A stretch of 64,000 bases of DNA from Defluviitaleaceae bacterium (GTDB lineage: Bacteria > Bacillota > Clostridia > Lachnospirales > WRAX01), in assembly GCA_009780415.1 (NCBI GenBank), contig WRAC01000004.1, forward strand, positions 10,512-74,511, read 5' to 3'. The notes beneath the pieces are model-generated. The model saw only the letters and a list, made by a program, of their open reading frames with translations, ran no database searches and was not told the DNA's origin. Shown here in pieces: positions 8,800 to 17,840 of this stretch. The translations under genes and the position numbers were made by a program. Numbering within the stretch: position 1 is the first letter of the stretch; each line of letters opens with the position of its first letter.

Positions 8800-9843
8800 C
8801 TATATTATGGTGCCGCCGCCCAGCACTATATCGCCATCGTATAGGACAACCGCCTGTCCCTTCGTTATGGCCCTTTGCGGTTTGTCAAACTCGATATATG
8901 CGGTTTCCGGCCCGGTTTGCCAGACCGTCGCCGGCTGCTCTTGCTGTCTGTATCGTGTTTTGGCATAAACACGCATGCTTCCTTCGAGGCAGTCAAACGC
9001 AATCCAATTCACACCGCGCGCAGACAGTTTTTTTTCGTACAAGTCGTCATTTTCACAAAGAGTTACGGTGTTTGACGCGGCATCCTTTCCCCCCACATAC
9101 ATGGGCTTGCCAAAAGCCGTCCCAAGCCCTTTCCTCTGCCCTATCGTATAACGCTGCTGCCCGGAATGCTTTCCCAGGTAATTTCCGCGCATATCAATAA
9201 AATCGCCTTCCTCAAACATCTGCCCTGTGTGTTTCTCGATAAATCCGGCATAATCGCCGTCCGGCACAAAGCATATGTCCTGGCTGTCCTGTCTGGAAGC
9301 CGCGCTGAGACCCAAGGCCGCCGCCATCTCGCGAATCTCGGCCTTGCGGCGTGTACCCAGCGGAAAAACCGCGCACCGAAGCTGCTCCTGACTTAGTCCG
9401 TACAACATGTAACTCTGATCTTTCCCGCCGTCCGCGGCTTTCTTCAGAATGACCCGGCCGCCGTCGCGGACGATAACGGCGTAATGCCCGGTAGCTATCT
9501 TATCAATGCCAAGCTCCGATGCGTAATTAAAAAATACCCCGAATTTTATATGTTTATTACAATCAACACAGGGATTGGGCGTAAAACCGTCCGTATAACC
9601 CCGGACAAAGCGCCTTACGACTTCTTTTTCAAATGATTCGGAGCAATCCGCTGCATAATGGCGCAAGCCCAGCTCCGATGCCGCCCGAGCCGCGTCCGCC
9701 ACAGCCGCCCGCGATTCCGGGGAATCAAAAAGCGCCATGGTCGCGCCGGAGCAGTCGTACCCGCCTTCTTTCAGCAAATATGCCGCAATTGTGCTGTCTA
9801 AGCCGCCGCTCATCGCCACTAGGATTTTCTCATTCGTTTTCAT
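8800..9843 (-). CDS. mnmA: tRNA 2-thiouridine(34) synthase MnmA
   Basis: PP-loop VAMSGGLDSTIAA. I moved the start to Met26 of the ORF (MKTNEKILV..), which gives an ATGA overlap with the maf stop at 9840-9843. Confidence 0.9.
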   Translation of the reverse strand: MKTNEKILVAMSGGLDSTIAAYLLKEGGYDCSGATMALFDSPESRAAVADAARAASELGLRHYAADCSESFEKEVVRRFVRGYTDGFTPNPCVDCNKHIKFGVFFNYASELGIDKIATGHYAVIVRDGGRVILKKAADGGKDQSYMLYGLSQEQLRCAVFPLGTRRKAEIREMAAALGLSAASRQDSQDICFVPDGDYAGFIEKHTGQMFEEGDFIDMRGNYLGKHSGQQRYTIGQRKGLGTAFGKPMYVGGKDAASNTVTLCENDDLYEKKLSARGVNWIAFDCLEGSMRVYAKTRYRQQEQPATVWQTGPETAYIEFDKPQRAITKGQAVVLYDGDIVLGGGTII

Positions 9844-10421
9844 TCTTGGCGGATCCTCTCCATCGCGCTCCACAACGCGCAAAGCGGCAGGCCGATTACC
9901 GTTGAGTAATCCCCACAAACACGCCGGACGAAAACCGCGCCAAAACCTTGCAAGCCGTATGAGCCGGCTTTATCCATAGGTTCGCCGGTTTTTATATAGG
10001 CATGTATTTCTTCGGGGGCAATTTCGCGCATATGAACATCGGCTTGTTCAGAAAAGATTATTTTTTTCGGGATACCGGAACGGAGATAGAGACAGACCCC
10101 TGTATGCACAGTATGCCGCTTGCCGGACAACCGCGACAACATTGAAAACGCGTCATTATAACCGCCAGGCTTTCCTAAAACAACGCCGTCTAACTCAACA
10201 ACGGTATCCGCGGCTATGATGAGCGCGTCTTCCATCAGGGTTTCCGCGGCGTCCACGGCTTTTTTTTCAGCGTTTGCGACAACAATATCATGCGCGCTTT
10301 CGCCCGAATCCGTTTCCTCAGTGTTTAAGGAAAGGACTTCAAAGCTTAGGCCAATCTGATCAAGCAGCGCTTTTCTGCGCGGCGAAGCTGATGCAAGTAT
10401 AATTTTCATAAATACCGCCAT
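9840..10421 (-). CDS. maf: Maf-like nucleoside triphosphate pyrophosphatase / septum formation protein
   Basis: 193 aa with the ILASASPRRK motif. The start could instead be Met5 at 10409. Confidence 0.85.
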   Translation of the reverse strand: MAVFMKIILASASPRRKALLDQIGLSFEVLSLNTEETDSGESAHDIVVANAEKKAVDAAETLMEDALIIAADTVVELDGVVLGKPGGYNDAFSMLSRLSGKRHTVHTGVCLYLRSGIPKKIIFSEQADVHMREIAPEEIHAYIKTGEPMDKAGSYGLQGFGAVFVRRVCGDYSTVIGLPLCALWSAMERIRQE

Positions 10422-10437
10422 CTTTCAAAATTAATCA

Positions 10438-10466
10438 TTGACTTAGGTAAAATATTGTGATATGAT
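10438..10466 (+). promoter_or_regulatory. sigma-A type promoter of the tRNA cluster
   Basis: -35 TTGACT (10438-10443), 17-nt spacer, -10 TATGAT (10461-10466). It lies about 45 nt upstream of tRNA-Thr. Confidence 0.6.
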
Positions 10467-10509
10467 ACATTAGGTTGGCGGGAATGAGTGCCGGACTGCT
10501 TGTTTAGCC

Positions 10510-10582
<73 letters not shown>

Positions 10583-10619
10583 TTTGCTGGTTTAAGCCCA
10601 GCCAATTATATCATTACCA

Positions 10620-10691
10620 GGCCCGTTGGTCAAGTGGTTAAGACACGGCCCTTTCACGGCTGTAACAGGGGTTCGAATCCCCTACGGGTCA
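10620..10691 (+). tRNA. tRNA-Glu (anticodon TTC)
   Basis: Acceptor GGCCCGT/ACGGGTC, anticodon arm CGGCC-CTTTCAC-GGCTG, T arm AGGGG-TTCGAAT-CCCCT. No encoded CCA. Confidence 0.9.
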
Positions 10692-10726
10692 CTTTTTATA
10701 TGGTTTGTTAATATAATATATTATTC

Positions 10727-10798
10727 GGCACCATAGCCAAGCGGTAAGGCGGAGGTCTGCAAAACCTCTATTCACCGGTTCAAATCCGGTTGGTGCCT
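10727..10798 (+). tRNA. tRNA-Cys (anticodon GCA)
   Basis: Acceptor GGCACCA/TGGTGCC, anticodon arm GAGGT-CTGCAAA-ACCTC, T arm ACCGG-TTCAAAT-CCGGT. No encoded CCA. Confidence 0.9.
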
Positions 10799-10806
10799 TA
10801 CTTGAA

Positions 10807-10840
10807 AGCTCTAGAATTCAAAGTTCTAGGGCTTTGTTAT
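10807..10840 (+). terminator. terminator-like hairpin after the tRNA cluster
   Basis: AGCTCTAGAA / TTCTAGGGCT forms a 10-bp stem with one G-T pair and a 7-nt loop, followed by TTGTTATTT. Confidence 0.5.
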
Positions 10841-10970
10841 TTCCTCAGATGTATGCGTATCGTTAGAAATCTGTCCTTTTATCTTATCAATACTTTTGGC
10901 CATAAATTTACGTATATTTTCATTGAAACATATTCAATGCGCAGAATATCTTTTATCAGAGGTGAAAGAA

Positions 10971-11450
10971 ATGGAAATTATACTGTTAATTTTATCGTTT
11001 GTGTTACTTATAGCCGGGCTCTTGGGTTCCGTTCTGCCGATTATACCGGGTCCCCCATTAAGCTTTACAGGCTTGCTTGTTTTGCATTTTAGCGGGCGCG
11101 GAAACTTAACCGTGGCTTTTTTGCTGATATGGGCGGGCATAACTCTGGTTGTTACGGTAGGAGACTATTTTCTTCCATCATTGATGACAAAGCGTTTCGG
11201 CGGCTCGCGCTTTGCAGCAATAGGTTCTTTTCTGGGGCTTGTGACAGGTATTATTTTCTTTCCGCCTTTCGGGATGATTTTAGGGTCTTTTCTCGGCGCG
11301 TTCATAGGAGAGTTGATTCTTAGCCGCGCGCAGAGCAAAAAGGCGCTTAAAGCCGCGTTAGGCTCGTTACTCGCTTTTGCTATTGGTACAGGAGCCAAGC
11401 TGATAATATGTTCGATGATGCTATTCTATGCAATAAGAACATTGCTTTAG
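10971..11450 (+). CDS. DUF456-family membrane protein
   Basis: I moved the start to ATG 10971 (MEIILLILSF..), which is preceded by AGAGGTGAAAG. The protein has four hydrophobic segments. The ..LPIIPGPPLSF.. and ..KRFGGSRFAAIGSFLG.. pattern is typical of DUF456. Confidence 0.7.
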   Translation: MEIILLILSFVLLIAGLLGSVLPIIPGPPLSFTGLLVLHFSGRGNLTVAFLLIWAGITLVVTVGDYFLPSLMTKRFGGSRFAAIGSFLGLVTGIIFFPPFGMILGSFLGAFIGELILSRAQSKKALKAALGSLLAFAIGTGAKLIICSMMLFYAIRTLL

Positions 11451-11471
11451 GGCTTGCCGTAGAATAAAAAT

Positions 11472-11999
11472 CTAAAAATTGCGTACATAATCAATAATAG
11501 GCGTTATCGTGTCCTTATCCATGAAATCCAATTTTATACCATATGTTTCCAAGAACAGCTTATCTTCCTCGGTGCGCTCAGACTCGGCTTTTTTCATATC
11601 CATTTTCCGCAGCATTGCCATCATGCCTCTATGAGCTAAATTAAGATTCTTATAATCCATAGCGCCTCGCAGATGAAAAATCTTTGTTTTCTCAAGCTGC
11701 TCCTGCGTAAAATTCATATTCAAAATAGCCGAATAATCCGTGGTTTCGGGATCGGCAAGCCCCACGGTGTAAACAACTAGGTTTTTGCAAGGGTTTTTCG
11801 TGACCAATCGGACACCGTCAATACCCCCGGCGTATAGACCGCCTCCATAAATCACAGCGTCATAAGACATCAACCGGGCAGGCTTAATGCCGGACACCTC
11901 AAACAGGTCAGCGTTCAATTCCCGCGCTATCCATTCCGCGTATTGCTTTGTCGTACCGTATTTGGATTTGTAAATAACCGCGATATTGGTTTTCATCAT
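11472..11999 (-). CDS. flavodoxin-domain protein
   Basis: 175 aa. The N-terminus IAVIYKSKYGTTKQYAEWIA and ..YDAVIYGGGLYAG.. are flavodoxin-like. A 4-nt ATGA overlap links it to the upstream MarR gene. Confidence 0.7.
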   Translation of the reverse strand: MMKTNIAVIYKSKYGTTKQYAEWIARELNADLFEVSGIKPARLMSYDAVIYGGGLYAGGIDGVRLVTKNPCKNLVVYTVGLADPETTDYSAILNMNFTQEQLEKTKIFHLRGAMDYKNLNLAHRGMMAMLRKMDMKKAESERTEEDKLFLETYGIKLDFMDKDTITPIIDYVRNF

Positions 12000-12463
12000 T
12001 TTTGCCCTTTCTCAATGCGTTCAACGCCTGTATATAGTTTTTTGTATAATTGATAAAACAGCGATATTTCTTTTTCGGTAAAGTCAGAAAAGAGCAAGCG
12101 CAGGATTTCCTCGTGTTTCCCACCCATCCTTTTTTCATATTCACCGAGCTTTTCGGTTAATTCGATATTAACCGAATTACCCTCACCCAGAATAAGGCGG
12201 ACATATCCCTTTTTCGATAAAGCCATCGCAAGCTGCTTTGTGTTCTGCCGGGAACAACCCATGTAAACGCTGACATTCGTAAGCGTATGCGGTTTCGGGC
12301 AGATTTGAACCATAGTCAGCAGAAGCCATTGCTTTATCGTAAGGTCGTCTTGCTCTTTTTCATACGCCGTTCCGAAACGGTTTTGCAATATAAAAATACT
12401 CGTAAAAATGGCTTGCATCTGCGTTATTGTGTTTTTTGCGTAATTCTCGTAAAGTTCTTTCAT
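11996..12463 (-). CDS. MarR-family transcriptional regulator
   Basis: 155 aa. Winged-helix region ..LTNVSVYMGCSRQNTKQLAMALSKKGYVRL... Confidence 0.75.
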   Translation of the reverse strand: MKELYENYAKNTITQMQAIFTSIFILQNRFGTAYEKEQDDLTIKQWLLLTMVQICPKPHTLTNVSVYMGCSRQNTKQLAMALSKKGYVRLILGEGNSVNIELTEKLGEYEKRMGGKHEEILRLLFSDFTEKEISLFYQLYKKLYTGVERIEKGQK

Positions 12464-12481
12464 TACGTATACCTTTCTAAT

Positions 12482-12495
12482 CGTAATATATTACG
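12482..12495. promoter_or_regulatory. perfect 14-bp palindrome, candidate MarR operator
   Basis: CGTAATATATTACG lies 19 nt upstream of the MarR start codon. Confidence 0.5.
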
Positions 12496-12677
12496 GTATT
12501 AGTTTAGCAATATATAACTATGATGTCAAGTACAATTTATACATTTGCTTAAATAAAAAAATATGACAAGCAAAGCAGAAACAGAAAGCACAAGCGCGCT
12601 TCCGGTTCGCTCAAATGCCCGCCCATAATAGATATGGCAAAGCCTGTCATGGCGTGCCTAACGAGGACACGGATTGT

Positions 12678-15600
12678 CTAATTAATCATTTTATCAATCA
12701 ACAGCACAGCCTCGTCATACTCGCCGGCAAGCTTGTGTTGCAGAATTCGGCCTATATCCTTGCCGAAATCAGGGTCGCGCGCGAGGTTTTGTAAATTACC
12801 GGATGCCTCGTTTATAACAGGGGTATCGTAGATGTCCAGAGCTTCCTTTAGCTTGACAAGCTCGGATTTAAGCGCATCCATGTCAATGGGGCCCGCGTCG
12901 GCGGATTTATCTTTTTCACGTGAAAGCACATCGCTGATGTTTTGCAACAGCTCATCCAGCTCCGTCAGGAATTTTGGCGCGCCGGCATCAATGAAATCCA
13001 TGTCTCCGCGCAGTCCGGCCATCTCCAGTGTTTCGGCGAAAGCGGATAAATCTTCAGCTCCGATACTTGCGGACGCGCTTTTCAAGGCGTGAACATGCGT
13101 GGTAAATAACTTGATATCTTTATTTACTAAACAGCTCTTTATCTCTTTAAGCTTATCAAGCCCGTTGGCGCGGTATATGTCAAGGGTATCAAGATAACTG
13201 TCAGCCGTCCCGCCCGTCATAAAAATGCCTTTGCTTACGTTAACCCCGGCAATTTCAATACCTCTGCCGGCATCGGGTTTAGGTGCGGGGAAATATGTTT
13301 CGTTTGATGCTATTTTCTTTTCCCCCGATATCCATTTTTCTAAAACAGCGTTCAGCTTCACCGTGTCGATGGGTTTTGACAGAAAATCATTGAATCCGTT
13401 CTCCAGGAACATCTCCCTTGTGCCGGTTACGGCGTTGGCGGTCAGCGCTATAATCGGCACCTCCGCGTAATAGGGGTCGTCAGCCGCCATTCCCCTGATC
13501 CGCGCCACCGTCTCAATTCCGTCCATTTCAGGCATCATATGATCCATAAACACCAAATCATAACGGCCAGTCATCATGGCCTCAATAGCTTCCGCGCCGC
13601 CGGAGCATAAGTCTACCTGCATGTCGTACGGCTGCATAAGCCCCCTGGCTACGACCAGATTCATACTTATGTCGTCAACAATCAAAACCTTGGTGTCCGG
13701 CGACAAAAATCCCGTCTCCGGTTTTTTACTCCATGTCCGGTTATAGCCGTCGGACAGGCCGTTGAAAATCTGAGCGAGTGAAATGGAGAATACCGGCGTG
13801 GTAAGGACGCTTATATTATTTTCAGACACCGTCTCGCCAAATTCCGCCACAAGCACAATCACGGCGTCGGTTTCCACATTTTCGTATATTTTCTTAATGC
13901 TGCCATACAAAGGAGCGGCCACGAAAACGTAGGAATAATTATTACCGATTAATTCATTGTGGAATTCGGATACGGAAGAGACAACCTTGTGTTTTACGCC
14001 CAAATCGTCCATTGCGCGCGTTATGGAATTTACGCAGATTTTACGCCGCTCGAACAATAGGACGTTTTTATTCTCAATTTGATTTACCTCGGCTACTTTC
14101 CGGCTGCTGGCAATGCCTTGCGGTAAGGTAACGGTAAAAACCGTTCCTTTGCCGTATTCGGACTCAACATGAATAGTACCGTTCATCGTTTGAACAAAGC
14201 TGTATGTTATGGCAAGGCCCAGCCCCGTCCCCTCGTTATTTTTATTTTTATTCATATCGAACCGCGTAAACTCGTCAAAAAGCGTCGTAAGGTGCTCTTC
14301 CTTAATGCCTCTGCCGCTGTCCTCAACTTTTATTATCAAATTTAAGCTGTTCCCGTCAACAGGCTCTCCCGATACCGTAAAGTAAACATGCCCTTTCTCC
14401 GTATATTTCACGGCGTTGCTTAGAATATTCAACATAATCTGCCTGATTCTAACCATGTCGCCTTTCAGGATGCTGGGCATGCCGCAATCTATATCCACCG
14501 CTAACTGCAGCCGGGAGTCCAGGGCCTTCGTCTTTATTATATTAATTACGTCGTTGACCAGCGACGAAAGCGCGTATTCCTCGGAAAGGACATCCAGCGC
14601 CCCGCTTTCAATTTTCGATAAATCCAATATGTCGTTGATTATATCAAGGAGGTTTACGCCCGCTTGCTTAATGGTGGAGGTAAATTCCATAGCCGCGCCG
14701 GACATCTCCTCCCTCAGGGCAAGCTCCGCCATACCCAGGATCGCGTTCATGGGCGTGCGTATCTCGTGGCTCATCCGGGCAAGGAAATTGCTTTTGGCGC
14801 GGTTTGCCTGTTCCGCTTTTTCTTTCTTCGCAATGTCCGAAACATCGTTGGTCACAATTATATAGCCGCTTTTTTCACCGTTTTGGTCAAGGAGGTAATT
14901 CGCGGTGCCTTTGTAATATTGCCCGTTGCTTTCCCTGTATATTATCCCGGCCTCTCTGCCTTCGTGCAGCGCGGAAATGGGATCGTATTCCGAACCCGGC
15001 GGATATATGCTGACTTCGCCGTAAGGCATGCCCGCAACATCATCAAGCGTCTTGTTGATTATGGCTAAAGCCGTATTATTTATGTAAATAATTTTATGGT
15101 CAATATCAATGATTACCAGCAAGCCGCTCATGCTGTCCACTATGTTGTCCGCCATTTCGTCAAAGGAGCCGGCAAGGATGCCGAATTCGTCCTTGATGTC
15201 CGCGCGCAGCCGGAACTGCCGCTCCCCCGAACGGAACCGGGATATGCCGCTGAGCAGCAGGTTAATATTCCCCGTCAGATAAGACGACAGGAGAATAGCG
15301 ATCATAACCACCACCGCGAAAAGACCAACGGCTATTACGGCAAATTGGATTATATTCCGCGTCATGTTGGCGTTTATCGCGTTTGTGATTTTCTCCTCCA
15401 TGTAGTTGGCCGGCGCGGTGAAGTCCTCGATGCCCGCCCCGATGGTGACAAAGGCGAATCCGCGCCTATTGCCCTGAACATCGGGGTGGTACTGGCCCGT
15501 GTAGTACGGGATTGCTCCGGCGGTCGTCGGCTTTTCAATGCCGCTCCATAATATATAGAACGAACCCGAGCCGCCGTTTTCCGTAAGATTCATCCAGCCC

Positions 15601-17288
15601 GTACACTGAGGGGCATTATTCAGGTACCGTCCGTCAAGCCCGACAAACCCGGCGGCGGTAAGCGCTCTCGCCGGTGTCTTGTCGCGCGACTGGTAATCCA
15701 GGATATAGTTGCCTTCCGCGTCTCTTACGTCATTGCCGTCAAAGTCTTTTAACCTTCTTTCTCCGAATTGCGGCAATACCTCCCTGTTTTCGGCGTTTGC
15801 CGCGTAAAATTCACCCCAGCTCGTTCCGGCCGCAACATCGGGGCTGTCCCATTCCCACCAGTTTTTGCCGTTGTGCTTGATGCTGCTCAGGTTATATAAT
15901 TCCCATGTATAATTCTCCGCAAGCCAATCATTGCCGCCGCCCGAGTACCAATAAAAGAAAGGCGTATCATGCGCGGGCCGCGTATTGCCGTCCGCGTCAA
16001 GAATGGGAATGGTGCGGTTTGCTCCATCCCTTAAAAATCCGCCGTGCGCATAGTCCCTCTCAAGCGCTATAGTGCCTTCCAGCCACGGAACCTGCGGTTC
16101 GCCGGTAAGCGGGTTATATCCGACGATGGAATTATGCCGGGGATGGCATATGCTGCGGTTTTTATAGTCCCAAATGAAGGCATAGTTGCCGTCCTGGGGG
16201 CTTGGCAGCAGGGAATAACGCTCAAGCATGGGGTTTACGTAGTCCACAAATTCCATGATGTGATCATGGTTCAGAGCCATTGTAACATACCCGGTCCGCA
16301 CATCGTCCTCGTATACCGGAGTAGCCCACCGCACTATGCCCTCAAACCGCTGGCCGTGTGGGTTTTCCAAGCCCGCGAAGGCTTGCCGTCCGGCATATTC
16401 CATAAACTCATCCGCCGGCAGATTCCCTATCCTCACCAGTTCGGCGTGATTCGGATGCGCCGCGGGCACGTTTTTCAACACTTCCGGCGTAAACATCCCT
16501 ATGAAATTTGTTCCAACATACGCGCCGATAACATCCGACACATAAATTTCGCCGCGTTTCAATCCCTGCAGCCCGTCCCAATAATTCTCCGCCCTGATAT
16601 ATGTATTCGTCCCGTCGGCAACGTTCACCGCATCGGGGTTTAAGGGATAATGTATTTTATTTGAATTCGGATTGACATATTTAAAAACTTCATTTCCGTT
16701 TAGGTCAATAAACGTAATTTCATCATATAACGGCACATTTGCCTGATACTTCCCGAAAAATTCAGGCGGCCTGTTGCGGAAGGCGCTGCCGTACAGCTCA
16801 TCGTTGTTCTCCCTGTTCCGTGACATGTTATCCGCTTGGGCAAATTGGAAAGGCTCCTTCTCCACCCAGGACATACCGTCGTCAGAAATCACCCATTCGC
16901 CCGGCTGTACCAACCTGCCCAGCTTGTTATCGGAAAAAGCTTCAAAAGCCTGAAAACCGGCGGGAACAAGGCTTGCCAGCATCAAAATATCGTTGTCGCG
17001 CTGATAGAGGAAATCCGCCACGGACATAGCCAAATCGGTGGTCAGCCTTTCCTTGCTCTCCCTGGCGCCGTCATTTAACGCGTTTGTTGAATCTGTAACC
17101 GCAATATCCCGTAATATATTACCAAGTGATACGATCTGCGTAAGCGCGACAGCCGTGAGCAGAATAATGGGTATAGCCTTAGCCGCAAGGAATATTAAAA
17201 TCAACTTTGGGCGCAGCTTCAGGTTCATCCTGTTAAGCAGCCGCCCTAACCCCTTTGAATGCCATTCGGAAGAGTTTTTAATATTCAT
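12678..17288 (-). CDS. hybrid sensor histidine kinase/response regulator (Cache-like ectodomain-HAMP-PAS-HisKA-HATPase-pseudoREC-REC-HPt)
   Basis: Two TM segments flank a ~590-aa extracytoplasmic region. H-box SHEIRTPMN, G2 box GTGLGLAI, REC (LIVDDISMN..VFMDHMMPEMDG..ALTANA), HPt (HALKSASASIGA). I moved the start to Met20 (ATG 17288, AAGGGG RBS) because the first 19 ORF codons run into the repeat element. Confidence 0.9.
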   Translation of the reverse strand: MNIKNSSEWHSKGLGRLLNRMNLKLRPKLILIFLAAKAIPIILLTAVALTQIVSLGNILRDIAVTDSTNALNDGARESKERLTTDLAMSVADFLYQRDNDILMLASLVPAGFQAFEAFSDNKLGRLVQPGEWVISDDGMSWVEKEPFQFAQADNMSRNRENNDELYGSAFRNRPPEFFGKYQANVPLYDEITFIDLNGNEVFKYVNPNSNKIHYPLNPDAVNVADGTNTYIRAENYWDGLQGLKRGEIYVSDVIGAYVGTNFIGMFTPEVLKNVPAAHPNHAELVRIGNLPADEFMEYAGRQAFAGLENPHGQRFEGIVRWATPVYEDDVRTGYVTMALNHDHIMEFVDYVNPMLERYSLLPSPQDGNYAFIWDYKNRSICHPRHNSIVGYNPLTGEPQVPWLEGTIALERDYAHGGFLRDGANRTIPILDADGNTRPAHDTPFFYWYSGGGNDWLAENYTWELYNLSSIKHNGKNWWEWDSPDVAAGTSWGEFYAANAENREVLPQFGERRLKDFDGNDVRDAEGNYILDYQSRDKTPARALTAAGFVGLDGRYLNNAPQCTGWMNLTENGGSGSFYILWSGIEKPTTAGAIPYYTGQYHPDVQGNRRGFAFVTIGAGIEDFTAPANYMEEKITNAINANMTRNIIQFAVIAVGLFAVVVMIAILLSSYLTGNINLLLSGISRFRSGERQFRLRADIKDEFGILAGSFDEMADNIVDSMSGLLVIIDIDHKIIYINNTALAIINKTLDDVAGMPYGEVSIYPPGSEYDPISALHEGREAGIIYRESNGQYYKGTANYLLDQNGEKSGYIIVTNDVSDIAKKEKAEQANRAKSNFLARMSHEIRTPMNAILGMAELALREEMSGAAMEFTSTIKQAGVNLLDIINDILDLSKIESGALDVLSEEYALSSLVNDVINIIKTKALDSRLQLAVDIDCGMPSILKGDMVRIRQIMLNILSNAVKYTEKGHVYFTVSGEPVDGNSLNLIIKVEDSGRGIKEEHLTTLFDEFTRFDMNKNKNNEGTGLGLAITYSFVQTMNGTIHVESEYGKGTVFTVTLPQGIASSRKVAEVNQIENKNVLLFERRKICVNSITRAMDDLGVKHKVVSSVSEFHNELIGNNYSYVFVAAPLYGSIKKIYENVETDAVIVLVAEFGETVSENNISVLTTPVFSISLAQIFNGLSDGYNRTWSKKPETGFLSPDTKVLIVDDISMNLVVARGLMQPYDMQVDLCSGGAEAIEAMMTGRYDLVFMDHMMPEMDGIETVARIRGMAADDPYYAEVPIIALTANAVTGTREMFLENGFNDFLSKPIDTVKLNAVLEKWISGEKKIASNETYFPAPKPDAGRGIEIAGVNVSKGIFMTGGTADSYLDTLDIYRANGLDKLKEIKSCLVNKDIKLFTTHVHALKSASASIGAEDLSAFAETLEMAGLRGDMDFIDAGAPKFLTELDELLQNISDVLSREKDKSADAGPIDMDALKSELVKLKEALDIYDTPVINEASGNLQNLARDPDFGKDIGRILQHKLAGEYDEAVLLIDKMIN

Positions 17289-17322
17289 TCCTATGTAACC
17301 CCTTCGCCGCTTGTTTGTTGGA

Positions 17323-17445
17323 TAGGCTCTAATACCAAGTTGCAATCTAAATCACACTAACTCCGGACGGATGATCCAGTGCGCTCACGCTCAGGCCGGC
17401 TCATCCGCCCAGAGTAAGTGTTGCTTTGATTGCAACTTGGTATAA
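17323..17445. repeat. ~120-nt imperfect-palindrome (long hairpin) repeat element, copy 1
   Basis: Positions 17331-17445 match 27531-27645 at 113 of 115 positions by my reading (differences at 17367 and 17381). Outer stem is a 16-bp perfect pairing ATACCAAGTTGCAATC/GATTGCAACTTGGTAT. Inner stem is ~20 bp. Confidence 0.9.
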
Positions 17446-17529
17446 GGATAAGTATATCATACAATATATGACAAAGGTATAGAAAAAAAATCCTCCGAAA
17501 GTTTCACCAAATGTGCCTCTAAAATTATG

Positions 17530-17544
17530 TATAGTGTACAAGAG
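17530..17544. repeat. left arm of a 15-bp perfect inverted repeat
   Basis: TATAGTGTACAAGAG is the exact reverse complement of 17841-17855. Confidence 0.9.
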
Positions 17545-17576
17545 CGTTGACTAACCCTTATCTGCAGAACTAATAC

Positions 17577-17816
17577 CTATGCAACGCGTAATAATTCCAA
17601 TGCTTTTTTATACTTAGGGTCACAATCGCAGCCGCAGCTTCCGCATTCCGCGTCGGCTTTTTCTATAGCCGCGGCCAAGGCCGGTGTGGCCTCCTTTAAT
17701 TTGGCGCAGTCATCTTTAACGCTTAACCACTCTTTGGCGGGGCCATCCAGTACATCCCATCCCATTTCCGCAAATTCCTTAATGATATCCGTTAATTCCT
17801 GATTTTTACCTAACAT
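17577..17816 (-). CDS. small Cys-rich hypothetical protein (79 aa)
   Basis: I moved the start to the ATG at 17816, preceded by AGGAGG with a 7-nt spacer. The C-terminus carries a CGSCGCDCD cluster. I recognise no family. Confidence 0.6.
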   Translation of the reverse strand: MLGKNQELTDIIKEFAEMGWDVLDGPAKEWLSVKDDCAKLKEATPALAAAIEKADAECGSCGCDCDPKYKKALELLRVA

Positions 17817-17840
17817 TTTAAACCTCCTGTGTTTTAGTAA

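Noticed and set aside
12555-12625. A small plus-strand ORF (MTSKAETESTSALPVRSNARP*) in the kinase/MarR intergenic region.
   Set aside because: It has no RBS, is only 21 codons long, and has no recognisable features. It is most likely random.
17289-17345. The N-terminal 19 codons of the 1555-aa ORF (MQLGIRAYPTNKRRRGYIG), and likewise 27626-27685 of the lipoprotein ORF.
   Set aside because: Both extensions run into the repeated hairpin element and lack an RBS. The internal ATGs (17288; 27686/27692) have Shine-Dalgarno sequences and give sensible N-termini (a TM segment and a lipoprotein signal peptide).
17577-17816. The small Cys-rich protein as a RiPP/SCIFF-type precursor.
   Set aside because: The Cys spacing (CGSCGCDC) and length do not match the SCIFF pattern as I remember it. 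No radical-SAM maturase, protease or exporter is adjacent. It is kept only as a hypothetical protein.
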